From contig CAYFSI010000004.1 in the NCBI GenBank assembly GCA_964345825.1, forward strand, positions 1 to 49,166: DNA of 49,166 nt, written 5' to 3'. The DNA is from an uncultured Staphylococcaceae bacterium (GTDB lineage Bacteria; Bacillota_I; Bacilli_A; RFN20; CAG-826). How positions within the stretch are numbered: position 1 is the first letter of the stretch; the number at the start of each line of letters is the position of its first letter. Shown in pieces: positions 25,862-36,439 of this stretch. The position numbers and the translations under genes are program-made. The notes beneath the pieces were generated by a model that did not search any database, was not told where the DNA came from, and was given only the letters and a program-made list of their open reading frames with translations.

Positions 25862-27793
25862 CTAATCAAATAATTCAGGGAAGTTTGTTTTGAAATAATC
25901 GTAGACTACTTCATCATGGTATTCGATCCCCATTTCTTTAAGCCAATGTTTTTTGGCTAGAGTAACATAGGATTCGTTTTCTGATAAGATCTTAGCAACT
26001 TCGTTAACATAGTCCGCTAAAACTTTGCGGTCGTCGCGAAGCTTTGCGTAGTTCCAAGCATCAGCACTCTTATTGAATTTTGAAGAGGATACTGCTTCGA
26101 CAACTTGAACAAGATAGTATGTCTTGGTGTCAGAATTGTAGAAGATGATGTCATCTTTGCTGGAAACGCTTTCGGAAGTGGCACTCTTAAGGAAGTAACT
26201 ACCATTAATACGGGCGACATACTTGTTGTAATCGCGAGAAGTATCAATTTCCCATGTTTCTTCTTCATTGAGATAGAAACGATCATATTGATCATAGTCA
26301 GTTAGCACGCCATCTTGTGGTTTGATATTATCTAAAGCACTTGCGACGCCAATGTTGAATAAACGATCACGGAATGTGCCGAAATCATTTAATCCGCCAT
26401 TTTTGATGAACCAACCTTTGGTCACGTAACTATTGCTAGCAAGATTGCGAGTCTTTAATTCGAGACCAACTTCCTTGGTGTATGCACCATTATTGGTAAA
26501 ATCATTTTCAATGGAAGTATCAGTTGTTAATGGGTTGTCTTTAATTTTGCCATATTCTTTCATTAAATCGCCGTAGTCAGTTCCAGCGTAGTAACTAACT
26601 AATCCGCCGCTAAGGACTTGGTCAAAAGCCGAGGAATTCGTTAGATAATAAGCCGCTAAAGTTGACATATCGCCGTTAATAACACCCTTGTAAGCATCGG
26701 ATAAGGCAATGAATTGATCCTCACCAACGCGATTAATGCTGGCTGGCGTTCCATCAGAATTTGTGATTCTAGTGGCAACTTCTTCACCGCTGCTTAATGG
26801 CTCAGCATAAACAACATTATTGACGAAATAGTTCATCAAATATTGAGCACTCTTATCACTGACATCTTTAGTGGCGAGAGAAATGATATTAACTTTTCTA
26901 GCATAGCTACGGCCGAGAGTGTTATAGGTCTCATCGAGAAGATACTGCTCAGTTAATAATTCGCGATAGATATCTTGAATGAAAGAGTCTTCAACATAAG
27001 AGACGGTATTAGCGCTCTCATCTTCGCCTAATTCAAAACTTGATTGATAGTTTTCGCGATGTAAATAATGAACAAAAACATCTTCGTAATCGTATTGAGC
27101 ATCAAACACGCGTGGAGTGAAATATCCAGCTGTTCCAGCATCATTGGTTTGATTTAAAACATTATAGTCAGCAACTTTTTCGAGACTTGCTCTAAGCGAA
27201 ACTAAATATGTTCTTTCAGAGAATTGAGAACGATAGGAGTAAGCTCCATTAACAATTTCATCATAAATTTTTTCTTTGATGCGATTTTCAATGGTATTCC
27301 ACTTAGCGATTAAAGTTTCAAGTTCTGAATCGCTGGCGGTGTCTCCTGCATCGGTACGGACTGCGTCATTGTCATCGACACGTTCGCCGTTAGCATTGAC
27401 AGTCCAATAGGCACGATGTGATTTGATAAAAGCGTTGGCCACACTCTTGTCACTACTATCAGCAGAAGCAACAGCCTCTTTTAGAGTAGTGCCAGAAGAG
27501 AGAGTTGAAGATGGGTCGGATGGACCAACTAACTTGTTATATCTTCCAAGCATAGAAACGGAGTATTGATAGAGAACTTCTTCTAAAACATCAGAAGCGA
27601 GAGTTCCCTTTCGAAGAGCATCATAGACGATACTCATGAGGTTGCTGTTCATATCGGCTGTAACTCCATCAGTAATGATGTTGGAATCATAGTCGGATGG
27701 TCTGGCGACAACTTCATTACAAGCTGTTAAGCCAAGAACACTTAGTAAAGCAACAGCTAGATAGCGAGAAACTTTTTTATTATTTGTTGCCAT
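25862..27793 (-). CDS. Large lipoprotein, possibly a divergent PrsA/SurA-like chaperone
   Basis: 643 aa from the ATG at 27793, which gives MATNNKKVSRYLAVALLSVLGLTAC (signal peptide plus lipobox) with GGAGG 11 nt upstream. The longer ORF-track start at 27919 lies inside the upstream gene. Confidence 0.7.
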   Translation of the reverse strand: MATNNKKVSRYLAVALLSVLGLTACNEVVARPSDYDSNIITDGVTADMNSNLMSIVYDALRKGTLASDVLEEVLYQYSVSMLGRYNKLVGPSDPSSTLSSGTTLKEAVASADSSDKSVANAFIKSHRAYWTVNANGERVDDNDAVRTDAGDTASDSELETLIAKWNTIENRIKEKIYDEIVNGAYSYRSQFSERTYLVSLRASLEKVADYNVLNQTNDAGTAGYFTPRVFDAQYDYEDVFVHYLHRENYQSSFELGEDESANTVSYVEDSFIQDIYRELLTEQYLLDETYNTLGRSYARKVNIISLATKDVSDKSAQYLMNYFVNNVVYAEPLSSGEEVATRITNSDGTPASINRVGEDQFIALSDAYKGVINGDMSTLAAYYLTNSSAFDQVLSGGLVSYYAGTDYGDLMKEYGKIKDNPLTTDTSIENDFTNNGAYTKEVGLELKTRNLASNSYVTKGWFIKNGGLNDFGTFRDRLFNIGVASALDNIKPQDGVLTDYDQYDRFYLNEEETWEIDTSRDYNKYVARINGSYFLKSATSESVSSKDDIIFYNSDTKTYYLVQVVEAVSSSKFNKSADAWNYAKLRDDRKVLADYVNEVAKILSENESYVTLAKKHWLKEMGIEYHDEVVYDYFKTNFPELFD

Positions 27794-29690
27794 AGTAGCA
27801 TTCGCCTCCATTAACGTAGTAATCGTTTGTAATTCCATCAGTGAAAGCGATAATGCATCCTTCTGGAACCATGCGCGATTGATTACTTCTGGCTTCTGAT
27901 TGAGCCTCGAGTAATTCAAGATAGCTTTCCCAAGCGCGGTTTAAACCAAGAGTTTGTGACTCTTTATTGTTTTCTCTTTGCTTGTCGAGATAGTTAATAA
28001 TTTTGGTATCTAAATTATCACTAAATTCAAGATTTGCTTTGTTTGCTTCGTAAAGATATTCGTACAAACGATAATCATAGGTTGAATCAAATCCTTTGAT
28101 AGCTTCCTTAACTTGGGTAGCACGAGCGTTATAGCCTGTCTTATCGGTATTGAGGAAGTTCACATATGTTGATTTGGGTGAACCGTTTAAGTTTGTTGGG
28201 TAATCTTGATCACTTGGTACTGCGGTCGTGTAGTAATCCTCTAGAGCAACATAATCAACATTGCTTGCTGATTCTGCAAATTCATAGATGGATTTTTGGA
28301 TGACCATAAAATGGATACCATATTGACTACGGACACCAACAATAACTCGACCTTCTTCATCGGTTAAAATTCCTAAGTCTGGATCGCTTGAAGCGAGAGC
28401 GGAATTCTCTAAAGAAACGATATCGCTTACTTTACGGAATCCAGTCCTCTTTGAGGCTGGGTCAATGAGCAATAAAGAATTGTCAACTGGGCCAACTGCA
28501 TCTGGATTATCAGTGCGGTTTGGTACAGAACTATAGTCTCTAGTATTGTTTGTGATAACAAAGACATTGTGACGATTGAGGTACTTATTCCAAAGAATAT
28601 TTCTTGGATAAATCATTGAATCGCCATCAAATAATACTTGGCCGTCAACGTTTTCCATTTCTTTGTAATCATTTAAAGCAGTGAAAACTTCGTATGGAAC
28701 TTTGGCTAAAGAACCAGTGATGTCATCATATGCTTGGCTGATTGTGGAAGTGGTGTTATTTGACAAGCTAGTGAAATTTCCAGTAATTCCAAGACCTTCG
28801 CTAATTGCGGCGTTTTTGCTGGCAGTGACTTTTGTTGCAATTGCATCATATGCATAAATGCCTAATTGAAATTCATCAACCATTGTGAGACTTCCATCAC
28901 TTGAGGCTTTGTTGGTTACGATGCCAACATCACCATATGATGATGAACTGGGATCGGCACTGTTTGAAGCAGCGATTGCGCCAAATGTTAATGATCCATC
29001 TCTTAACTTAGAGACAACGTTATACAATTTTGTCGCTTGTTCGGCTGTGATAGTGTCGCGATTAAAACTCGCGTTAGTTGCGTCCACGCTCACCAAGATG
29101 TGACGAAGATGATATGGTAGGCGAGAAGAAATCTTGCCATTGTAATCAGCTTGCGGCTGAACAGCAGCACCCTCCGTGGTAATTCCAAGATATTCTTGTT
29201 TGAGAGTATCGAGGTTTTCTTCATAGTACCAATCTTTGATTTGTTCCTTTTCTTTTTGATAGATGAATAATTGGTATAATTCATCAGTATCCTTAACACC
29301 ATTACTATCGAGGATTGCTTTCCATTCGGTGTTATAAGAAGTGCCTTTAGAATCAGCGCTCTCTTTAGCGGCTTCTTTTTGATCTAATACATCATCCCAA
29401 GCTTCTTTTTCAATCGTTCCTAAAGTCTTTTTAGTATCGACTGAATTCTTTATGAAAGCATCTCGAATCAAAACTTCGAGAATTTGTTCATAAAACTTGG
29501 AGATGCCATCGACAGCATTGCGGTATTCGTCATACATTTCGTCAGTGACAATTGTGTATGAAGATTGACCATCGTAGCCTTTGAAGGTAACAACGGCGCC
29601 ATCTTTAGATGTAACACTACTACATGCCGACATCGCCATAACGCCGATTAGACCAGTAACTAAACCTATGGATAGTTTACTTTTCTTCAT
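27780..29690 (-). CDS. Lipoprotein with parvulin-type PPIase (PrsA-like foldase) signatures split by a large insertion
   Basis: 636 aa. Lipobox MKKSKLSIGLVTGLIGVMAMSAC. Parvulin-like strings are LRHILVSV, MVDEFQLGIYA and, about 175 aa later, VRSQYGIHFMVIQK. Confidence 0.7.
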   Translation of the reverse strand: MKKSKLSIGLVTGLIGVMAMSACSSVTSKDGAVVTFKGYDGQSSYTIVTDEMYDEYRNAVDGISKFYEQILEVLIRDAFIKNSVDTKKTLGTIEKEAWDDVLDQKEAAKESADSKGTSYNTEWKAILDSNGVKDTDELYQLFIYQKEKEQIKDWYYEENLDTLKQEYLGITTEGAAVQPQADYNGKISSRLPYHLRHILVSVDATNASFNRDTITAEQATKLYNVVSKLRDGSLTFGAIAASNSADPSSSSYGDVGIVTNKASSDGSLTMVDEFQLGIYAYDAIATKVTASKNAAISEGLGITGNFTSLSNNTTSTISQAYDDITGSLAKVPYEVFTALNDYKEMENVDGQVLFDGDSMIYPRNILWNKYLNRHNVFVITNNTRDYSSVPNRTDNPDAVGPVDNSLLLIDPASKRTGFRKVSDIVSLENSALASSDPDLGILTDEEGRVIVGVRSQYGIHFMVIQKSIYEFAESASNVDYVALEDYYTTAVPSDQDYPTNLNGSPKSTYVNFLNTDKTGYNARATQVKEAIKGFDSTYDYRLYEYLYEANKANLEFSDNLDTKIINYLDKQRENNKESQTLGLNRAWESYLELLEAQSEARSNQSRMVPEGCIIAFTDGITNDYYVNGGECYYGNK

Positions 29691-29840
29691 GTTTTTTCTC
29701 CTTTTCTGAAATATAGCGTTAATATTTTAAATATTATTGCGGTTTTATGCAACATAATTCTTGCCAATTAAGCGATATAATCGGTGTCCGCGAATTAAGA
29801 TAGAAGAAATCTCGTCTTTAGTAATTTTTTTATCGTATTG

Positions 29841-29869
29841 TTTGATTACCATCTATAAGATGATTAAAA
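29841..29869 (+). promoter_or_regulatory. Sigma-A-type promoter of the suf operon
   Basis: TTGATT (29841-29846), 17 nt spacer, TAAAAT (29864-29869), 25 nt before sufC. Confidence 0.5.
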
Positions 29870-29893
29870 TAGGTAGGATTCGAGGTAAATGCA

Positions 29894-30712
29894 ATGGCGA
29901 AACTAATTATTAAGGACCTTCACGCTGAAGTAGATGGCAAAGAAATTCTCAAAGGAATTAATTTGACAATTGATCAAAAAGAAACAGTTGCCTTTCTTGG
30001 ACCAAACGGTCATGGAAAATCGACACTTTTAAATATTATTATTGGTCATCCACGTTATCATGTAACCAAAGGTTCAATACATCTCGATGATTTGAATATC
30101 TTAGAAATGAGCGTTGACCAACGCTCAAAAGCCGGATTATTTCTTGGGATGCAAAACCCTGTTGAAATACCAGGTGTTATAAACTCAGATTTTTTGAGAG
30201 CCTCTGTAAACGCACATAGCAACAAGCCAATTTCGACCTATAACTTCTATAAAATATTGGATAATTCAACTAAAGAGTTAAAAATGCCTTTTGATTTGGC
30301 AACTCGATCTCTTAACGAAGGATTTTCAGGAGGAGAAAAGAAGAGAAACGAAATACTTCAACTCCTCATGCTTGAGCCAAAAATCGCATTACTTGATGAA
30401 ATTGATTCTGGACTAGATGTCGACGCCATGCAAACTGTCGCTGACGTAATTAGAAAGGAACAAGAAAAAGGCATGGGCTTTTTAATTATCTCACACTATG
30501 CAAGATTATTTGAGTTAATTAAACCTACAAGAGCCATTGTAATGATTAACGGAAAAATAGTAATTGATGGAGACCCATCATATATAAAGAGAATTGATCA
30601 AACGGGATATGAATTTATCAAAACCGAGTTAGGAATTGAAATTTATAAAGAAGAAATGGATATGAACAAAGTCTCTCTAGGAGAGTGTGGAATAAAGGAA
30701 ATCGTACGTTAG
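29894..30712 (+). CDS. sufC: Fe-S cluster assembly ATPase SufC
   Basis: 272 aa. Walker A GPNGHGKST, signature FSGGEKKRNE, Walker B ALLDEIDSGLD. Confidence 0.93.
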   Translation: MAKLIIKDLHAEVDGKEILKGINLTIDQKETVAFLGPNGHGKSTLLNIIIGHPRYHVTKGSIHLDDLNILEMSVDQRSKAGLFLGMQNPVEIPGVINSDFLRASVNAHSNKPISTYNFYKILDNSTKELKMPFDLATRSLNEGFSGGEKKRNEILQLLMLEPKIALLDEIDSGLDVDAMQTVADVIRKEQEKGMGFLIISHYARLFELIKPTRAIVMINGKIVIDGDPSYIKRIDQTGYEFIKTELGIEIYKEEMDMNKVSLGECGIKEIVR

Positions 30713-31504
30713 ATGAAAAAAGAAGTTCTCCTTTGTGAATCAGACTTGATGAAATGTGAACCACGTATTATTTCTTTGAAGGAAAATGAACAGATTCCAA
30801 TAATTGTCAATTCAAATGACACTAATTACTTTTTTGTCAGTGATTTTTCTACTGGTTCAATTTTAAACATTTGCTTAAAAGAAAATGCAAAATTGCAACT
30901 TTCATTTTTAGCAAAACATAATTTCGACAAAGCTGAAATCAATGTAAATCTAGAAAAAGGTGCCTCTTTTGTGGCTTATTTCGCCGATTTTTCCAAAGAC
31001 AAAGAAAAACTAAAAGTAACAATAAATCTCAATGGAGAAGCATCTTCTGCTTACTGGCATTTAGCCTCGCTGTCGGCGAATAACGACAATAAAGAATTTA
31101 ACATTAATATTAATCACCTATCTTATCAGACATCAGCGCTTAGTGACAATTACGGCGTATGTAAAGACCAATCTAAATTAGTATTTTCAGGCTGTTCAGC
31201 TATTCTAAAAGGTTCTCATGGAAGTCATACCCGGCAGAATTCTAAAATTATGGTTTTTGATGTAAACTGCGATGCTATTGCTCGCCCCCTATTAAAAATT
31301 GATGAAAAAGATATTGAAGCCAGCCATGGTGCGGTTGTGGGCAGAATACCGGAAGAACACCTTTTCTATTTAACCTCTCGGGGTCTTCATGAATCTGAAG
31401 CCAAACGCTTGATTACTTATGGTTATTTGAAACCAATTACGCGCGGTTTCATTGATGAATCAGTCCGTGAAGAAATAATTTCTTTGATTGAGAGGAGGAT
31501 GTAA
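30713..31504 (+). CDS. sufD: Fe-S cluster assembly protein SufD, unusually short (263 aa)
   Basis: Positioned between sufC and sufS. C-terminal SufB/D family motifs EASHGAVVGRIPEEHLFYLTSRGL and YGYLKPI. Confidence 0.8.
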   Translation: MKKEVLLCESDLMKCEPRIISLKENEQIPIIVNSNDTNYFFVSDFSTGSILNICLKENAKLQLSFLAKHNFDKAEINVNLEKGASFVAYFADFSKDKEKLKVTINLNGEASSAYWHLASLSANNDNKEFNININHLSYQTSALSDNYGVCKDQSKLVFSGCSAILKGSHGSHTRQNSKIMVFDVNCDAIARPLLKIDEKDIEASHGAVVGRIPEEHLFYLTSRGLHESEAKRLITYGYLKPITRGFIDESVREEIISLIERRM

Positions 31505-31506
31505 TC

Positions 31507-32745
31507 ATGGGATATGACGTTGAAAAAATTCGGCAGCAATTTCCGATGCTTCATGAATCTAAAAAAATGCAAGGGCATCACCTTGTATATTTGGATAATA
31601 GTTCGACAACGTTTAAGCCAAAATGTGTGATTGATTCGATTAATTCTTATTACACTGATTTAACCTCGAACGCTCACCGTGGTGATTATGATCTCCTCTA
31701 TAAAATGGATGTTGAAGTATTAAATGCTCGTAAAGCTATTGCACGCTTTGTTAATTGTGATGTTAATGAGGTTGTATTCACTTCTGGGACGACGATGTCT
31801 TTGAACCAAATTGCTTATGGATATGGTTTGAAACACCTTAAAAAAGGTGATGAAATTGTCATTAGTGAAGAAGAACACGCTTCAAATGTTCTACCTTGGT
31901 TTGATGTCGCTAAAAAGAGCGGAGCAATAATTCGATATGTCCCTTTGACTAAAGAAGGATATATCACTGAAAAAAACCTTCGCTTAGTAATGAATAAAAA
32001 TACTAAAATCGTGTCCCTTGCACATGTTGGCAATGTATTAGGCAATATTAATGATGTTGCAATGATGGCGAGAGTAGCCCATGAATTTGGCGCAATTATT
32101 TCAATTGATGGCGCTCAGTCAGTTCCTCATCTCAAAACTGATTTTAAGACATGGAATATTGATTTTCTTTCCTTCTCTGCGCACAAAATGTGCGGACCAA
32201 CTGGTATTGGCTGTCTCATCGGAAAGAGTTCATTTTTAAATAAAATGGATCCATTAATTTCTGGTGGTGGAAACAATATTGATTTTCACATGGACGGAAG
32301 TTTGGAATATTTGGACCCACCTGCTAAGTTTGAAGCTGGGACCATGAATCTTTCGGGAATTATTGGCTTTAAAACAGCTATTGAATTTATTGAATCCATC
32401 GGCATTGATAATATTCATAAACACGACCAGGAGTTAATTGAATATGCGATTAATAAACTAAGCAAGTGCGAGGATATTATTATATATAATAAAGATGCCA
32501 AAAACGGAATTATTACTTTCAATCGTCAAAGAGTGTTCGCACAAGATGAGGCGACCTTATTGAATTCAAAAGGAATTGCGGTTCGCTCTGGCCAACATTG
32601 CGCCAAGATTCTCGACAATTATTTAAGATGCAAAGCGACAGTTAGAATGTCGACTTATCTCTACACAAATAAGAATGACATCGACTATTTTGTTGATGCC
32701 TTGCTTGAAGGAGGCGACATACTCGATGCCTATTTCTCTAACTAA
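31507..32745 (+). CDS. sufS: Cysteine desulfurase SufS (class V aminotransferase)
   Basis: 412 aa. PLP-lysine region FSAHKMCGPTGIG and active-site region RSGQHCA. Confidence 0.92.
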   Translation: MGYDVEKIRQQFPMLHESKKMQGHHLVYLDNSSTTFKPKCVIDSINSYYTDLTSNAHRGDYDLLYKMDVEVLNARKAIARFVNCDVNEVVFTSGTTMSLNQIAYGYGLKHLKKGDEIVISEEEHASNVLPWFDVAKKSGAIIRYVPLTKEGYITEKNLRLVMNKNTKIVSLAHVGNVLGNINDVAMMARVAHEFGAIISIDGAQSVPHLKTDFKTWNIDFLSFSAHKMCGPTGIGCLIGKSSFLNKMDPLISGGGNNIDFHMDGSLEYLDPPAKFEAGTMNLSGIIGFKTAIEFIESIGIDNIHKHDQELIEYAINKLSKCEDIIIYNKDAKNGIITFNRQRVFAQDEATLLNSKGIAVRSGQHCAKILDNYLRCKATVRMSTYLYTNKNDIDYFVDALLEGGDILDAYFSN

Positions 32746-33160
32746 CGACATGATGCGTCAAATCATCATGGATCATTACGCTAATCCAATTAACAAACAT
32801 CAACCAACGGATGCTTCTTTTACCAAAGTTCATATGCATTCTGATAACTGCATTGATGATTTGGATATCTTTTTGCTTGTGAAAGACAACATCGTTGTTG
32901 ATGCTTGTTTTGATGGCATAGCGTGTACGATTTCAACCGCATCCACGGATATTATGTGTGACCTTTTAAAAGGGAAAAACGTTGAAGATGCAAAATTCAT
33001 TATTGAACAATTTCATCACATGATTCACGAAGAACCATTTGATGATTCAATATTGGAAGAAGCTCTTGTTTTCATTAACACTTCCAAGCAGGCCGCTCGC
33101 GTTCGATGCGCGACCATCGGTTGGATGGCTGCTGATGAAATCTTGAAAGGCAATAAATAA
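32726..33160 (+). CDS. sufU: Fe-S cluster scaffold / sulfur-transfer protein SufU
   Basis: 144 aa from the ATG at 32726 (GGAGG upstream). The N-terminus [12 protein letters not shown] is typical. Conserved Cys/Asp positions: [21 protein letters not shown]. Confidence 0.85.
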   Translation: MPISLTNDMMRQIIMDHYANPINKHQPTDASFTKVHMHSDNCIDDLDIFLLVKDNIVVDACFDGIACTISTASTDIMCDLLKGKNVEDAKFIIEQFHHMIHEEPFDDSILEEALVFINTSKQAARVRCATIGWMAADEILKGNK

Positions 33161-33161
33161 T

Positions 33162-34562
33162 ATGACAGACAAGGATATAAAATTTCAGTCTGAATATAAG
33201 TACGACTTCAAAGATGAAGATGTGTCTATTTTGAAAACCGCTGTAGGTTTGACAGAAGACACAATTCGCCAAATTTCAGCCATAAAAGATGAGCCAAAAT
33301 GGATGCTCGATTTTCGCTTAAAAGCGTTGAATTCTTTTAATGCCATGCCTCTACCTCGATTTGGTCTCGATTTAAAGTTTTTGGATTTTTCTTCTTACAC
33401 ATATTTCACTCGTATTTCGAGCAAAGAATCCCAAGACTGGAATGAAGTTCCAAAGACAATTAAAAACACTTTTGAAAAATTAGGAATTCCCGAAGCCGAG
33501 CAAAAATTCTTGGCTGGTGTTTCCACACAATATGAGTCAGAAGTTATCTATCACAACATGTTAAAAGAAATCAGTGACAAAGGCGTTATCTTCCTTTCGA
33601 CTGATGCAGCTCTCAAATTATATCCTGAATTGTTCAGGAAATATTTTGCCTCCGTTGTCCCAGTTGCTGACAATAAATTCTCAGCTTTAAACAGCGCAGT
33701 TTGGTCCGGCGGATCCTTTATCTATGTTCCAAAAGGCGTTCATCTTGATAAACCACTGCAATCTTATTTCCGCATCAACAACGAAAAAACAGGACAGTTT
33801 GAAAGATCTCTTATCATCGTTGATGAGGGTGCAGAAATTAGCTATGTTGAGGGATGTACTGCCCCTTCTTATTCGAAAGAATCTCTCCACGCTGCCGTTG
33901 TTGAAATTGTTGTTTTGAAAGGCGCGAAATGCCGTTACACAACTGTCCAAAACTGGTCTACAAATATCATAAATTTAGTAACCCAAAGAGCAATTGTTCA
34001 CGAAGATGCTCAAATGGAATGGATTGATGGAAATATAGGCTCACAAATGAACATGAAATACCCTGCTTGTATTTTGGTCGGCGAAAGAGCCAAAGGCACT
34101 GTTATTTCGATCGCGGTTTCTGGAAAAAATCAGCAACAAGATGCTGGAGCTAGAATGATTCATCTTGCCCCAAATACAACATCTACCATAATCTCAAAAT
34201 CAATCGTGAAAAATGGTGGACTAACGAATTATCGCGGGACTGTCAGACATGAAAAAGGAGCTTATAATTCTCGCACCCACGTTGAATGTGACACCCTTAT
34301 GTTAGATGATCAATCTTTAAGCGACACAATTCCAACCAACGAAGTAAAAAATAATTCCTCTTATATTGAACACGAAGCCACCGTCAGCAAAATCAGCGAA
34401 GATCAATTGTTTTATTTGATGTCGCGAGGAATCAGTAAAAAAGATGCAGTACAAATGATTGTTATGGGATTCATTGAGCCATTTGCTCGTGAATTGCCCA
34501 TGGAATACGCTGTCGAGCTTAATCAGTTGATTAAACTTGATATGGAAGGCAGTGTTGGTTAA
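33162..34562 (+). CDS. sufB: Fe-S cluster assembly protein SufB
   Basis: 466 aa. Highly conserved strings: [54 protein letters not shown]. Confidence 0.95.
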   Translation: MTDKDIKFQSEYKYDFKDEDVSILKTAVGLTEDTIRQISAIKDEPKWMLDFRLKALNSFNAMPLPRFGLDLKFLDFSSYTYFTRISSKESQDWNEVPKTIKNTFEKLGIPEAEQKFLAGVSTQYESEVIYHNMLKEISDKGVIFLSTDAALKLYPELFRKYFASVVPVADNKFSALNSAVWSGGSFIYVPKGVHLDKPLQSYFRINNEKTGQFERSLIIVDEGAEISYVEGCTAPSYSKESLHAAVVEIVVLKGAKCRYTTVQNWSTNIINLVTQRAIVHEDAQMEWIDGNIGSQMNMKYPACILVGERAKGTVISIAVSGKNQQQDAGARMIHLAPNTTSTIISKSIVKNGGLTNYRGTVRHEKGAYNSRTHVECDTLMLDDQSLSDTIPTNEVKNNSSYIEHEATVSKISEDQLFYLMSRGISKKDAVQMIVMGFIEPFARELPMEYAVELNQLIKLDMEGSVG

Positions 34563-36439
34563 TGAATGATTTTGAAATAATTGTTGTTGGTGGTGGACAT
34601 GCCGGCTTAGAAGCCGCTTTTGCTTCTGCCCACAAAGGACATAAAACCCTCCTTATTACCTTGAATAAAAAGTTGATGGGAAATATGCCTTGTAATCCTT
34701 CTATTGGAGGCTCAGCTAAAGGTATCGTGGTCCGCGAAATCGATGCTCTTGGTGGGATGATGGGAAAAGCAGCCGATCATCATTATTTGCAAATGAAAAT
34801 GTTAAATACTGGAAAAGGCCCAGGAGTTCAATGCCTGCGTTCACAACAAGATAAACTGGAATACCCAGGATATATTCAAAGCTTGGCAATTGATTGCCCA
34901 AATTTAATGATTATCGAAGGAATGGTAGTAAGTCTTTTACATGATGATTCTCATGTCAATGGCGTTAAGTTAAAAAACGGAAAAGAAATCTCTTCAAAAG
35001 CTGTTATTTTAGCGACCGGAACTTACATGGAAAGTAAGATTTTTAGAGGTCATGATGTGAAAGAAGAAGGTCCAGATGGTCAAGAACCTTCCAAGGGTCT
35101 ATCTCCTTATTTAAAATCTATGGGAATTGATATAATTCGACTTAAAACAGGAACGCCACCTCGAATCAAAAGTGAATCGATTGATTTTTCAAAAGCCAGT
35201 GTTCAACCTGGCACCAAAGGAGATTTAGCTTTTTCGTTTGAAACTACAAAATTTGTTCCATTTGAAGAACAAATTCCTTGCCACTTAATTTACACTACAT
35301 CGGAGACCCATAAACTTATTCGGGAGCACATTAATGAAACGTCCCTTTTTAGTGGATTAATTACCGGAGCTGGTCCAAGATATTGCCCCTCCATTGAGAG
35401 CAAACTTATAAATTTTCCAGATAAAGATCGCCATCAACTATTCTTAGAACCTGAATCTCGTTATACTAATTCAATTTATATACAAGGTTTTTCAACATCG
35501 ATGCCTACCAATATACAAGAAGAGATGGTTAGGACTCTTCCAGGATTTGAAAATGCCGAGTTTTTAAAATATGCTTACGCAATCGAATATGATGCAATTC
35601 AGGCCCATGAATACGATGCCACTTTAGAGATCAAAAAATGGCCTGGTTTATATATTTCTGGCCAAATATGTGGGACTTCTGGATATGAAGAAGCCGCCGC
35701 ACTCGGCTTAATGGCTGGCATTAATGCATCTTTAAAGATTGAAAACAAAGCACCTTTAATTTTAAGAAGAGATCAAGCTTATATCGGAGTTATGATTGAT
35801 GATTTAGTGACAAAAGGCACTAACGAGCCTTATCGTTTGATGTCCTCTCGTGCTGAGTTTCGTTTGTTATTAAGACATGATAACGCAGATATTCGTTTGA
35901 CTGAAATTGGATATCAAGTTGGCCTAATTTCATCATCTCGTTATGGCACTTTTGTTAAAAAAATGGAATTAATTGATCAAACTAGACACATTTTGCAAAA
36001 GAATTATGTTGGAGCCAAAAAATCGGTCAATGATTTGCTAGAATCAATCGGTTCAGTGCCACTTAAAGGTGGTGTTCAGGCCTACGAACTTTTAAAAAGG
36101 CCGGGAATAAAATTTGAGCATATTTTGAGCATTGTTTCTGATTTGCAGTCCCTGAACCTTTCTAAAGATGTCATGGAAGAGCTCGAAATTATTACAAAAT
36201 TCGAAGGGTACATTACTAAGCAAAAACGGGAAGCTGATAATGTTCGAAAGATTGATGAAATGAATATCCCTTTGGGAATTGATTATTTGCACATGGATGG
36301 TTTACGAATTGAAGCGCGCCAGAAATTAACTTTATTTAAGCCGTTAACCATTGGACAAGCATCGCGCATTTCAGGTGTTAACCCCTGCGATGTAACGATT
36401 TTGATATTGAATGTAAAAAGGAGCCACGGATATGAATAA
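34562..36439 (+). CDS. mnmG: tRNA uridine 5-carboxymethylaminomethyl modification enzyme MnmG (GidA)
   Basis: 625 aa. VVGGGHAGLEAA FAD motif, NPSIGGSAKG, GPRYCPSIE. Confidence 0.95.
   Translation: MNDFEIIVVGGGHAGLEAAFASAHKGHKTLLITLNKKLMGNMPCNPSIGGSAKGIVVREIDALGGMMGKAADHHYLQMKMLNTGKGPGVQCLRSQQDKLEYPGYIQSLAIDCPNLMIIEGMVVSLLHDDSHVNGVKLKNGKEISSKAVILATGTYMESKIFRGHDVKEEGPDGQEPSKGLSPYLKSMGIDIIRLKTGTPPRIKSESIDFSKASVQPGTKGDLAFSFETTKFVPFEEQIPCHLIYTTSETHKLIREHINETSLFSGLITGAGPRYCPSIESKLINFPDKDRHQLFLEPESRYTNSIYIQGFSTSMPTNIQEEMVRTLPGFENAEFLKYAYAIEYDAIQAHEYDATLEIKKWPGLYISGQICGTSGYEEAAALGLMAGINASLKIENKAPLILRRDQAYIGVMIDDLVTKGTNEPYRLMSSRAEFRLLLRHDNADIRLTEIGYQVGLISSSRYGTFVKKMELIDQTRHILQKNYVGAKKSVNDLLESIGSVPLKGGVQAYELLKRPGIKFEHILSIVSDLQSLNLSKDVMEELEIITKFEGYITKQKREADNVRKIDEMNIPLGIDYLHMDGLRIEARQKLTLFKPLTIGQASRISGVNPCDVTILILNVKRSHGYE

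Noticed and set aside
27794-27919. N-terminal 42-codon extension of the downstream lipoprotein ORF, overlapping the upstream lipoprotein gene by 140 nt
   Set aside because: The internal ATG at 27793 gives a textbook signal peptide plus lipobox directly at the N-terminus and has a GGAGG upstream. The extension would bury the signal peptide.
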